Shown here one piece after another: positions 13,538-26,000 of a stretch of 64,000 bases of DNA; position 1 is the first letter of the stretch; each line of letters starts with the position of its first letter. This DNA is from Chiloscyllium plagiosum (Eukaryota): positions 51,914,662 to 51,978,661 of the forward strand of contig NC_057721.1 of the NCBI RefSeq assembly GCF_004010195.1. The letters are read 5' to 3'. Both the position numbers and the translations under genes were made by a program. Under the pieces are notes generated by a model that had not been told where the DNA came from, did not search any database, and worked only from the letters and a program-made list of their open reading frames with translations.

Positions 13538-13751
13538 TTGAGACTCCACAAATATAACAGTGAGGAGGAGAGACAGAGCACAGACCTAAGTCTCCAATTG
13601 AGCTGCAATGTTTTAAATCAACATATTTTGTTTTACAAAACTGAAAGGTTTTGCCACTTTTAATTTGATGGTTTAAAGCATTGCAGCTCAATTGGAGACT
13701 TCGGTCTGTGCTCTGTCTCTCCTCCTCACTGTTATAGTTGTGGAGTCTCAA
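13538..13751. repeat. Long inverted repeat (about 80-bp arms, about 54-bp loop), MITE-like hairpin
   Basis: 13538-13617 (ttgagactccacaaatataacagtgaggaggagagacagagcacagacc...ctgcaatgttttaaa) is the reverse complement of 13672-13751 with about 3 mismatches. Confidence 0.9.
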
Positions 13752-13916
13752 TGCTATAGCCTATTAGTGAAGTTTTATAAGGTGACATCACCTTTAGGAA
13801 TTTGTAGAAATGCACAAAATGGTTGAACAGCTTTGTTAACACTCCTACAAAAAACCTATAGGAACCATGAAACCTGTTGACTAATGCCATAGACAACCTT
13901 TTAAAACATTGTAAGT

Positions 13917-14041
13917 TTATAAAGCACAAGGGTATTGGCCAAGCAGTGAATAAACAGCATTATCATCTTTGGGTGGCTGCTCTCTTGCATGTGGTTCACT
14001 TTCAGGCATATCTGCTTTCTTTGATGATGAAGCATTTTTTT
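13917..14041 (-). CDS. IgSF gene exon 5: cytoplasmic tail with ITIM-like tyrosine motif, stop TAA
   Basis: Strong acceptor cccgtttgttttactgcag|A; phase-1 frame open for 41 codons ending DDNAVYSLLGQYPCAL*; an additional small exon between 14041 and 16976 cannot be excluded. Confidence 0.75.
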
Positions 14042-17000
14042 CTGCAGTAAAACAAACGGGAAATCTTTTAGAGTAGTTTAATCATCAAAACAAATCGAAG
14101 ATTGCAACAGGAAAATAAAGTCAACTGCAGTATGTAAAGCTTGCTTCAAAACAGAAGGAGGACAAATTTAATATGTCGATGGTATTGTTTACTGAATAGC
14201 AAACATAGAAGAAGAAATATGCAGTTTCAGATATGCTGTAAACACACAATAAAATAACTGCTTTTCGAACATAACTTCACACCAACCTTTTACCCTTTGG
14301 GCACTAATGAGAAAGTGGAAAAAGGATTCCCAGGCTCACTGTTAACTTGTTGAACCAGGTCATAAAAGCTCCTTTCATGGCCAAGTCCTCGCATGAGACT
14401 GAAGGAGAAGGCCATTCGACCCCACAAGCTTGCTCCACTATTCAATATGATTGTGGTTGATCATTGAGACCAATACCCTAATCCTTCCTTTCCCCATATC
14501 CCTTGATCCCTTTAACCATAAGAGCTATAGTTACGTCCCTCTTGTAATCACAATGTTTTGGCCTCAACCAGTTTCCATGGTAGTGAATTCCACAGGCTTA
14601 CCACTCTCTAGGTGAAGAAATGTTTCTACCTTCTTCCACTTTCAGACACTACCACTACACCATAAGATCTCACAATTAAAGAAAAAGTTCTGCTAGGAGG
14701 CAACTAATGGCAACTAGATAATTCTGTGTTTTAATGATAATGGTCGAGGGATAGATGTTAGTCAAACCTCTAAAAGAAGCCCCGAGCTTTTCTTTACAAA
14801 AAGTATAAAGATTTTGAATAATTCATGAAGTTGTTCATTTAGAGAAGGATCCCTGATGGTCCTCTAAGCAGATTGCCTTTTGGGAAAAGGCCAGACCAGC
14901 AAGGCCTGTATCCTTGGGAGTTTAGAAGAGTCAGAGACAACTGAATTGATACAGATGAGATCCTGAGAGGACTTGACCAAGTGGATGTTGAAAGCATGTC
15001 TCCTCTTATAAAGTCATAGTCATGGAGTCAAAAAGCATGGAAACAGACCCTTCAATCCAACCGGTCCATGCCGATCATAATCCCAACCTAAACTATTCCC
15101 AACTGCCTGCACTTGGCCCATATCCCTCCAAACCTTTCTTATTTATGAACTTATCTAAATGTCTTTTAAACATTGTAACTGTACCCATATCCACCACTTC
15201 TTCTGGAAGTTCATTCCACACATAAACCATTCTCTGCGGTAAAGTGCTCCTCGTGTCTTTTTAAAATCTTTCTTCTCTCACCTTAAAATATGTCCCTTAT
15301 CTTGAAATCCCCCGCCCTTAGGAAAAGACACCGGCCATTCACCTTATCAATACCCTGCATGATCTATAAAGCTCCATCAGGTCACCTCCATGCTCCGATG
15401 AAAAAAGTCCCAACCTATCCAGCTACTCCTTATAACTCAAACTCTCCCTGTCTGACAGATTTCTGGTAAATCTTTTCTGACCCCACTTCAGCTTAACAAT
15501 ATCCTTCCTAAAAAATGGCGACCAGAACTAGACACAGTATTCCAAAACAACCATCATTAATGCCCTGTACAACCTGAACATGACATCCCAACTCCTATTA
15601 TCAAAGGTCTGAGCAACGAAGGCAAGTGTGCTAAATGTTTTCTTAACCACCCTGTCTAGATGTGATATGAATTTCAGAGAATTATGCACTTGAACCTCTA
15701 GGTCTCTCTGTTCTACAACACTTCTCAAGCTCTATTTTGAATTGTTTGTTTTACCAAAATGCAATACCTTATGTTTCTCCAAATTAAACTCTATTTGCTA
15801 CTCCTCAGTCCATTGATCCAACTGAGCACATGTGGGAGAACCTTAGAAATAGGGTCATAGTTTTAAAATGATGGAGTGCTCATTTAAAACAGAAATGAGG
15901 ACATTTATTTTTCTCTCAGATAGTTGTGAGTCTTTGGAATTCTCTTCCTAAAAAAAGTAATGGATGCAAAACCTTTAAACTCTTTAAAGGCAGAAATTGA
16001 TAGACTTTTGATTAACAAGCAGAGGGGAAAGCAGGGATACCCAAGAATGTACGGTTGAGGTTAAATTCAGATCAGCCACAATCTTATTGAATGGTGGAGG
16101 AGCCTCAAAGGGCTGAGTGACCTATTCTTGTTCCTTGTTCATATATAACTGCTGCCTCACCCACCTCAAAATGCATTGATTTAAACATGTCTGAAGCACA
16201 AAGCTGGGCCTTTTGGATAGTAGGAATAATTTATGCCCTTTGAAGCGGCTGAGTAAGTCATTCAAATGTCTTTAATATTGAAACAATGCTCTAAAATGTT
16301 ACAATGCCCCAAGATGTTTGCCAGAAATGTAAAAAGAAAGAATACTTGTTCAAACGAAATGGTATTAGAAGGGGCCATTAAATTTTATTCAAGGAAATGA
16401 GTAATAAAGAGGGCCTTAAAGGAGGACTTGTAAATTGGAAGGCTTTATCAAAGAAATTATAAACATTGGGGTTTAGCAGTAGAAGACAAAACTTTCAATT
16501 GTGAGAAAACGAAGGGAAAATGAAGAGGCTAGGATCAGAGGAAAGGTGAGATCAGTGATTGAAGAAGTTTGATTGAAGAAGGGACAGAGATAGGAAAGGG
16601 CAATGTCATAAGGGATTTAAAGGCAAGAGATTCTGTGGCTATGATCAGACAAATAAGAATAGAACTAAGTGAAGATAGTAATACTTTACAGGACCAAAAT
16701 ATGGCAGTTGTTGGAAATGTGAAATGAAAACAGGAAATGCTGGACACACTCAGGAGGTTTCAGCAGTCTCCATAGTGATAGAAACAGATTTAATGGACTG
16801 AATTTTGTACAAGTAGTAGAGGTCCCAGCAAGTGCCATGGGAATTGAGATCAAAAACAGAAGGTAACCCTACAGCAAGACCTAGACGATCAGATTACCAG
16901 CGACAGCACGTCATTCCAAAACAATTTAGGATTAAAATAAGGTTAGCTTTAAGTCTGAGAACCATGACCACTTACTTGAAATTGAACGTGTACAAAGTAC

Positions 17001-20000
17001 TGCAACAACCACACACGCAATCAATACAATTAAACCGCTAGCTATTAGTGATATCCACAATCGTCTGTTACTGGCAGAACCTGTTGAGAATTATGGAGGA
17101 CATGCATTACAAATTATGTTGAGTAACATACCGTAAAGCAGAACTTAAGAGTTTACCCATTTTGTTCTAATGTAACGAAATGGAGATATTAGAGTGGATG
17201 TGCAAAAGCTGAGTCAAAGAGATAACTTTTAAGGAAAATCTTTTTAAAAAGGCAGAGAAGCAGAAGTTGAGAGACGGAATTACAGATATTCAAGCATATG
17301 ATTAGGAGCAAAAGTAGGACACACAGACCCAAGAGGCTGCTCTGAAACTCAATAAGACAAGACTGATCTGACAAGACAAGACCCAAAGATCTTGCTTAAG
17401 AAGAATCTTTGCCTTAAAAATAATCAAGGACTCTTCGCCCACCACCTTTTCAGGATGAGAGTTCCGTGACCCTCTGTGAGCAAAAAAAATTTTTCTTACT
17501 CTGGCTTAAATGGATGAAACAGTGATCCCTTGTTTTACATTCTCCTGCAAGAGTAAACATCCTAACCACATGCAGTCAGGTAAAACCCACCATCTGTGGT
17601 TATCTAAAACATGGTTAAAGATAGTATCAAACTTCAAAAAAAGTTTATATAATTGCACACAAGTGGGTGGCAAGTCGGGGGTTTAAATAGCAACAAAGAC
17701 TGACTAAATGTATAATGGAAAGTCTAGTACGAGGGCAAGATAGCTGGAAACATAAAATGAGATAATAAAAGATAATAATATGTTAAAAAAAAGTTTCTGT
17801 AGAAAGCGCATCTGAGGAATTTATAATAGGAAATAAGCAGATAGAAGATTAATTGAACAGGTAATTTTCATTAGCATACAGATCTGGATCTTGCTGTGTG
17901 GAGGACAATAGCAAATATTGCAGAGGACACTCAGCTTGGAAGAATTATAAACTGTGAGGAGGACAGTGTGAAGGTCCAAAAGGACACTGACAAGTTGGTA
18001 TGGTGGGTGGATAGGGGCAGATGATGTTCAATGCAAAAAGTGTGAGGTATTGAACTTTGGTAAGACAAGCATTGAAAGACAACATAAAATGTGTGGACAA
18101 TTCTAAGGAGGGGCTGTAGGAGCACAGGGACATGGGTGTATATATGCACAGATCATAGAAAGTGGCAGAACAGGCAAGAGAGCAGTCAATAATGCATCCA
18201 GAATCCTCAGCTTTATTAAAAGGGATATAGAGTAGAATATAATGTTGAACTTGTATAAGACATTTGTTAGAGCTCAGCTGAAGTGTTGTGAACAATTGTG
18301 GGTGCCACAACATAGGAAGGATGGGGACACATTGGAAAGAATGCAGAAGTGGTTTACAATAATGTTTCCAGGAATGAGGAACTTCAGTATTGAGGATAGA
18401 TTGAAGAAGTTGGAATTTTTCTCCTTGGAGAGAAGGCTAAGAGGAGATATGGTGGAAATTTTCAACATCATGAGTGAACTAGGTAGATTTGATTTGGAGA
18501 AATTGTACCCTCTCATAAAAGGAACAAGAACAAGAAGCCATAGATCTAAACTGATCTGTAAAGCAAGCAAGAATGAAGTGAGGAAAAGCTTTAAACACAG
18601 TGAGAAATTAGGGTATGGAATACACTGCCTGGAAGTATGGTGGAGAAAGGTTAAATGTGGTCAGCCAAGGAGGTATCAGATGATTATTTGGACAAAAGTC
18701 ATATGCAAGAGTGTAGGGACAAAGCTGGAGATTTGCTGTAGGTAATTTTGCTAATTTAATGAGCCACTGCAGGAATGATGGGCTGCATGGTCTCCTCTTG
18801 TGCCATAATATTTCAGTGATTCTGTAAATTCCCCCATCAGTGAAATCCATGAGGCTCAAGGACCTTCAATTGAACAAGGAGAGAATCTAAGACAAGGGTC
18901 TTCAATGCAGCAAACTATCAATCTTTTAAATCCAAAAATGTGGCATTTTGGGAGAATAGTGCAACCTCCAGATACCAACATTTGCAAACTCAGAGCCTTG
19001 AGAGATAGCAATAGGGTAGTGGTAAATGTAATTATACACACACATGTATAAAAACTAATCATGAAAAGTAAAAAGCTTGAAGAGAAATATTCTACCTAAT
19101 CTGAAAGGGACTGAAAACGTTAATACTGAGGAGTGCAATGAGCACCTCCCACTACAGTGTTATTTGAACACAACGGATTGTGATCATGAAGGAGTGAGAT
19201 CTACACCAGCTCCTCCTCCAAATCTCTGTAACAATGTCTGTCATATCAACATAACCTACAATAAACTAATTTTGTTAACGAGAAGAGATGCTTGTGATGA
19301 GACCAGGAAGTGGTTTTCATCTACCATACTAGACCAAGTAGGCCCTGTTGTTTCCTACAGATAAAGAGAATATTGGCAACCTCCTTCAACATGAGCAGGA
19401 GCTCTTATAGCATGTTTAATTGGCATACCCAACAGCTAAAGTCACCACAGTCCCACTCTCCCATTAGAGAGAGAGCAGACTGGTGGTAGTTTAAACTTAG
19501 GGTCATCACTCCTCAGGTGAGGGGTGAGGTTGAAAAGGTGCAGCGAATGAACCTGCCCTGTTGGTGTAACTCTGCATCACAAATCAGTTGTCCAATCAAT
19601 GCCTATACCCATGCCACATAGTATTGACTGTCGACAAAGTTGTCTGATAACTTAGTGGTAGTCGAGGAGTCAAGCAAAGCGGGGGTAGAACAAAGCCAGG
19701 TGATATCAGCTTAATGAAAATGAACAGTTTGCCTAGTGGCATTGTCAGATAAATGATTATGGGTTTCAAACATAGCTTGCTGGGAATGGGCATGGATTCA
19801 GGAGGTTGACAACTTAACAGGTTTTCAGAGGAAAAGGCAGTTCACTGGAAATGGTGCAGCTCTGATTTGCAAGGTTAATGGTCTCAGGGCTTTCAGTTTG
19901 TGGAGAGAGACTTTCTGGAAAATGGGCCAGAACATTAAGAGGGCGAATCACAGAATCCATACAGTGTGGAAACAGGCTCTTCAGCCCAACAAGTCCACAC

Positions 20001-23000
20001 TGAACCGTCGAACAGTAACCCACCCAAACCCCTTCCCCCTACCCTATATTTACCCCTGACTAATGCACCTAACCTTCACAACCCTGAACACTATGGGCAA
20101 TTTAGCACAGGCAATTCGCCTTACCTGCACGTCTTTGGACTGTGGGAGGAAACCGGAGCATCTGGAGTAAATCCATGCAGAACAGGGAGAATATGCAAAC
20201 TCCACACAGGCAGTAGTCTGAGGCTGGAATCGAACCTGGGTCCCTGGCACTGTGACGCAGCAGTGCTAACCACTGAACCACTGAATTATTAACAATATTG
20301 GCTGAAGTGGGGTTCAGGAGAGGAAGCTTTGTATTCAGTACTTTATGAGGAATAGAGGACGATAGGAATCTTGTCTGCAAGATGAACGCAGAGGCAGTCA
20401 GAGGAAGGTTGGGTAGGAAACTCAAAAAAAGATGCAATTTCAAGACTCACACTGGGAATTACTTGGTGGAAGTTTGCCCCATTGGCTCGTAAAAGAGAGA
20501 GATGGGACAGAGCTGTTGATAGGTTTAGCTTGATTTTAGTGACCAGGTTCCAGATGAGGGGAAGTAATTGTTGGCGACTAGGATATTAAAGGTAGGAGCG
20601 AGGGTATAATTGAGTGAATCAGTAGCTGCAGACATATTGTTGCAAATCAAGTAGCAAAGACTAGATAAGTAGCATTTGGAAAGTACAGTTGGAAGTGAAT
20701 TGTCTAAGTGGACAGTGAGAATGGCAATCTTTAGACACGGAAGGCTGATATAGGTGGAGAACAATTCAAGGATTGATACCAGAACCACATTCACGTAATA
20801 ACTTTACTCAAGTCATAAAAGTCAAAAGAAAATTAGAATCACAATTCAAACTGCTGCCAGTTTGCAAAGTCCAGAGATTTTGCCAACAAATCAATGAGTG
20901 AAAATTTTTCTCACCTTGGTTACAAACAGAAATCTTTTCAGTGGTGGATACAGACAGTGTTCGGTGGTTCACCTGACAGGAATATGTTCCACTTTCATTC
21001 CGCTCAAATACAGAAAGATTCAGGAAACTTGTGGTGGAGAACGAGCCATCACTGTTAGTGTGGAGAGTCCCATTCTTAATGCCATTGGTGATTAGCTGTC
21101 CATCTTTAAACCAGGACACTTGAATGTCATCAGGATAGAATTCCTGTGATGTGCAGATTAACTCTCTCCCTTGATTAGGGTAAGGCTGAGCCCTTTCAAT
21201 TAACTGGACAGTTGGCCGAGCTGAAAGTCAATTGTAACATGTTATTAGACCTCTATACTTCAGTCTGCTTGTCAGTTTGCATTGAATAGTTTCAAGGGCT
21301 TATTGATGATCCACAGTGAGAAACTTTGAACTGTCAACTATGTGTATATATCAGATAAATAAAAGGCTAGCAACTGCAAATCAGAGGGGCTGGCATCATG
21401 GATCAGTTGATGCCTTAAGATCCACTAGGAAGAATTCTCAGGTGAGCTTGTAAATTTGGTAAGCAGTCTATCTGCCTGAAACGAGCAAGAGGTGGGAACG
21501 AAGGAGACCTTTCAGTGCATCAAACCATTCAAGTTTCCTGTAAAAACAATTCAACTTGTCCCATATCATCTTTTCGCATAGTTCTGCAGTTTTTTTTCCC
21601 TCCTGGCACTCATACAATGCCATTTTGAAAGCCAGAGGCAAACCTGCCTCCACCACACCACCATCCATACAATGGATGTGAAATATTGATGGAACACTGC
21701 CAAAAAGAACTCCTTTTGTGTCCTTTTGCTCAACATTTTAAATCTATATAATCTTGTTCCTGATCCATTTGCCAATGGAAACAATTTCTCTCTATCTATC
21801 ATATCTAGATTCCTCATGTTTTTGGCCACCTCCATCGAATCCCCATTCAATCTTCTTAATGATTGTTTGGTGATATATAAAATGCAAGCTGACCTATGAG
21901 TTCCATTGGCAAGGTGAGCATGTGATGCCCATCTCTAATTGTACTGGAGAAGCTGGCTTTGAGCAGTCCATGTGGTGTTGATGGTACACCCATAATGCTG
22001 TTAAGAAGGAAATCCAGGAATTTGACAATTAAGAAATGATGGTATAGCTCCAATCAGGATTGTCCTGGGCTCGGAAGGAAACTGACCTATGGCAGATGAA
22101 CCATAGAATCCCTACAGTGTGGAACAGGCCCTCTGCCCAACAAGTCCACAGCAACCCTCTGAAGACTAACCTACCCAGACCCATTCACCTACTACTCTAC
22201 ATTTACCCAGACTAAAACACCTAAACCTGAATACTGTGGGCAATTTAACATGGCCAATTCAATAACCTGCTCATCTTTGGATTGTGGGAGGAAACTGGAG
22301 TACTGGAAGAAAACCCACGCAGACACGGGGAGAATGTGCAAACTTCACACAGACAGTTGCCCGAGGTGGGAGTTGAACCCAGGTCCCTGGTGCAGTGCGA
22401 CAACAGTGCTAACTACTGAACCACGGTGCCACCCTAAGTAGCAAAAGTGTGGGAATGAAGGAGACCTTTCAGTCCACCTAGAACTGTTTCCATGCATTTT
22501 GGGACAGTAATAGCCTAGTGGCATTGTCACTAGACTATGAATCCAGAGATAATGTCTCAGAGAGATGGGTTCAAACCCAACCATAGCAGATGATGGGATT
22601 TGATTAGGATTAAGAGTCTAATGACCATGCCGCAACTACTGATTGTCAGGAAAACCCATTTGGTTCTTTAAGGAAAGAAAACTGCCATCCTGTCTTGGTT
22701 TGGCCCACATGCAACCCAATATGCTCTTGTCTCTTGTCACTGCATTCTTTATATGGCTGATCCAGTTCAGTTTCTGAGGAATGATAACCCCCAGGATGTT
22801 GATGGTCGGGGATTCAGTGATGGTAATATCATTGAATAATAAGGGAAGATGGTTAGATTCTCTCTTGTCGGAGATTTCCTGACACTTGTACAACTCAAAT
22901 CTTTCTTAGCAGCCCAATCTGAATGTTATGCATTAGGACATGGACTGCTTCAATATCTGAGGAGTTGAGGATGGTACACTTAGTTGCACAGTCTTACAGA

Positions 23001-26000
23001 AGTTGAATATTTCTGAAAATAGAGAAATCTCACCAAAACGTTTTATCTTGCTCTGATCAGGGAAAAAACAAGAATGACATACTTCAACCTTTATGACAAG
23101 AGAAAAGGGTGTAGATTGGTTGGCAAATCAACTCTTTTTGGTTAAGTCATAGCTACGGAGAAAGTAATGGGGAACTCTAGGCTCTTTGTGCTCCCAGATT
23201 ACTCATAAAATGCACAAGGCTTAATAGTATTCCTTTTGTTTGTGGAGTCTATTAGATGTAATTCTGTGAAAAAAAGTTGCTGAAACCCTCCTCTGAGCTT
23301 TTGTTACCTATGAGCTTAAATATTCCAATGTGCTAGGAGAATGTTTCCTGTCATGGGAGAATGAAGGACTAAAGGGTACAGTTTAAAAATAGGGAAGTCT
23401 CAAATTAAGGTGGAGGTGTAAAGGAATTTCTTCTCTCAGAAGGCTGTTAGTGTTTGGAACCAACACAATGAATGCTGAAGAAACTCAGCAGGTCTGGCAG
23501 CATCTTTGGAAAGAAACAGAGTTAACGTTTTAAGGTTGACATGACTCTTCTTCAGTGTTTGGAATTCTTTTCTCTGGAAAACAATGGAGACTGAATAATT
23601 GACTTTATTCGAGGCTGAATAATTGAAGTTATTATCAGATCAGGTATAATCTTATTGAATGTGGAGAAGAATCAATGTGCCAAATGGTTCCTATTTCTTA
23701 AGATTTTTTGAAATTTGTCTTGATTAGCCTCTTACCTTGTCCCCTGCGTAAATTTTGGCTTATCCCTTAGTCAGTTGTTCTAATATAGATCCTGTTGCTT
23801 TCACCCATTCCCCATGCCCTTTGAATTCTATTGGCTCCCAGTGCAGAATTTTCTTAATTTTGAAATTCTCAGCCCTGTTTTTAAATCCCTGTAAAACTTT
23901 ATCTTTCTATCCATGTAATCTCCACCACACTCAAGCTATCTGTGTTCCTCTAATTCTGGCCCTTTCTGCATTCCCAGATTTTAACTCTACAAACTTGTTT
24001 TCTGACCTTTTAGATAAGAAGGCCTGAAGTTCTGTAATTCCATACACCCCTTTCTTCCTTTAAGACTTTTCTTTACAGGTAAACTCTGGTCATGTTTTTG
24101 CTTATCTATCCTAATACCTACTATGTGTAAAATTTGCTTTCGAAGTTCTCTTTTGAAATGGCTCGAGCTGTTTAAGATGCTACATAAACACACATTATTA
24201 TTGGAGTTACTGCAATATATAGAGAATTGCTGTTGGTGATGTATAAACCTTACAATCAATCTCTACTTCTGAACCAGAAAATCTTAAGAAATAGGAGCCA
24301 TTTGGCACATTGATTCTTCTCCACATTCAATAAGATTATACCTGATCTGATAATAACCTCAATTATTCAGCCTCGAATAAAGTCAATTATTCAATTTCCA
24401 TTGTTTTCCAGAGAAAAGAATTCCAAATACTGAAGAAGGGTCATGTCGACCTTAAAACGTTAACTCTGTTTCTTTCTCTACTTCTGATTCCTGAAGAAGG
24501 GCTCATGCCCGAAACGTCGATTCTCCTGCTCCTTGGATGCTGCCTGACCTGCTGCGCTTTTCCAGCAACACATTTTCAGCTCTGATCTCCAGCATCTGCA
24601 GTCCTCACTTTCTCCTCCTTTCTGAACCAGGCAACCAGGATTAAAGCCTCACCCACTCAAGAGTTACACAGTAACATGTCTGAACAGGTTAATTAGAAAA
24701 CATTTGAAAACTGAGGAATGATAAAACAGCGGTGTTTTTTGAATTGTAGATATAAAACACACCTTGTACAATAATGCGTGTACCTTTGCCAGTTGCTGAT
24801 TTTGAAGGAGGTGGGATTTCAAAATCAACTTGACAGAAGTAAATGTCAGAATCATTTAAATGAAGATTGTAGATTATTAAAGATGAGGATTTTGTTGAAG
24901 CATTCATCGTAATGTTAGCACGTTCTGTGCAATGTATGATAGAAGAACAATTAAATGTATTTTCCACACGATGGCAGAATGATTGTGTACTGCTGTTTCT
25001 CTTCCACGTAATCCGGAATTGTTCTACTGTATCACTGTATGAACAATTTATTTGTATGTTGTCCCCCTTCAATGCTCTGATCTGTGATGGTTCTTGGAAG
25101 ACTGTTAGATTTCTGCTTCTCACTAAAGAAATTAAGAAACAAAAATGATTAACAATGTATAATTTCTGATCAGGAATGAACATTTCATATGTCCGGGTGT
25201 AGTTTATAGTTTAGTAAACTGAGTCAATACAAAGACATTATGAATCTTTTTTGCTGAAAAGAAGTAAATAGAATTGGACGTCTTGCTGACTTCATAGAAA
25301 GGTAATAGCAGGAGTAAGTCATTCAGCTTCTCAAGCCTGCTCTGGTATTCTAGATCATGGCTAATCATCTTCCTTCATATCACTTTCTCACAATCTACCC
25401 ATATCTTCGACATTGTTAGTAATTAGAAATCTATCAATGTCTCTTTTAAACTTACTTTAATGCCCTTCCAGGTAGCGAATACCAAAGTATCATTACCTTC
25501 CAAGTGAAGAAATTCCTCCTCATCTCAGTTCTAAATTGCTTACCCCCACAGCCAAGGGAACCATCCACTCGGTCTGTCCCTATAAGAAGTCCGTATGTTT
25601 CTATAATCATTCTTCTAGTCTCCAGTTTCTTCCCATCTTTCCTCATAGGACTGACCCACTATCCTAGCTATCAGGCTGGTGGACCTCTAAAACACTCCTT
25701 CTATATATCTTCCTTAAGCAAAGGTCCCAGAACTGTATACAACACTCCAAGTACAGTCTCACCAGAGACCTAGACAGTTCACCATAAAATCATTCGACAC
25801 AGGAGCAGAAGTAAGCCATTCAGCCCATCTGCTCAGCCATACAATGAGACCATGACTAATCTCATAATCATCAACTCCACTTTCCTGCTTTCTCCTTATA
25901 ACCCTCAATTACCTTTCTGATTAAAAATTTATCCATCGCACCTCAAAACTATTTAATGATCCAAACTTGACAGCTCTCTGTGGCAAAGAATTCCAAAGAT

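Noticed and set aside
21312-21350. Perfect RSS heptamer CACAGTG in the V-C1 intron near the C1 exon
   Set aside because: No nonamer at 12- or 23-bp spacing and no adjacent coding segment; expected by chance
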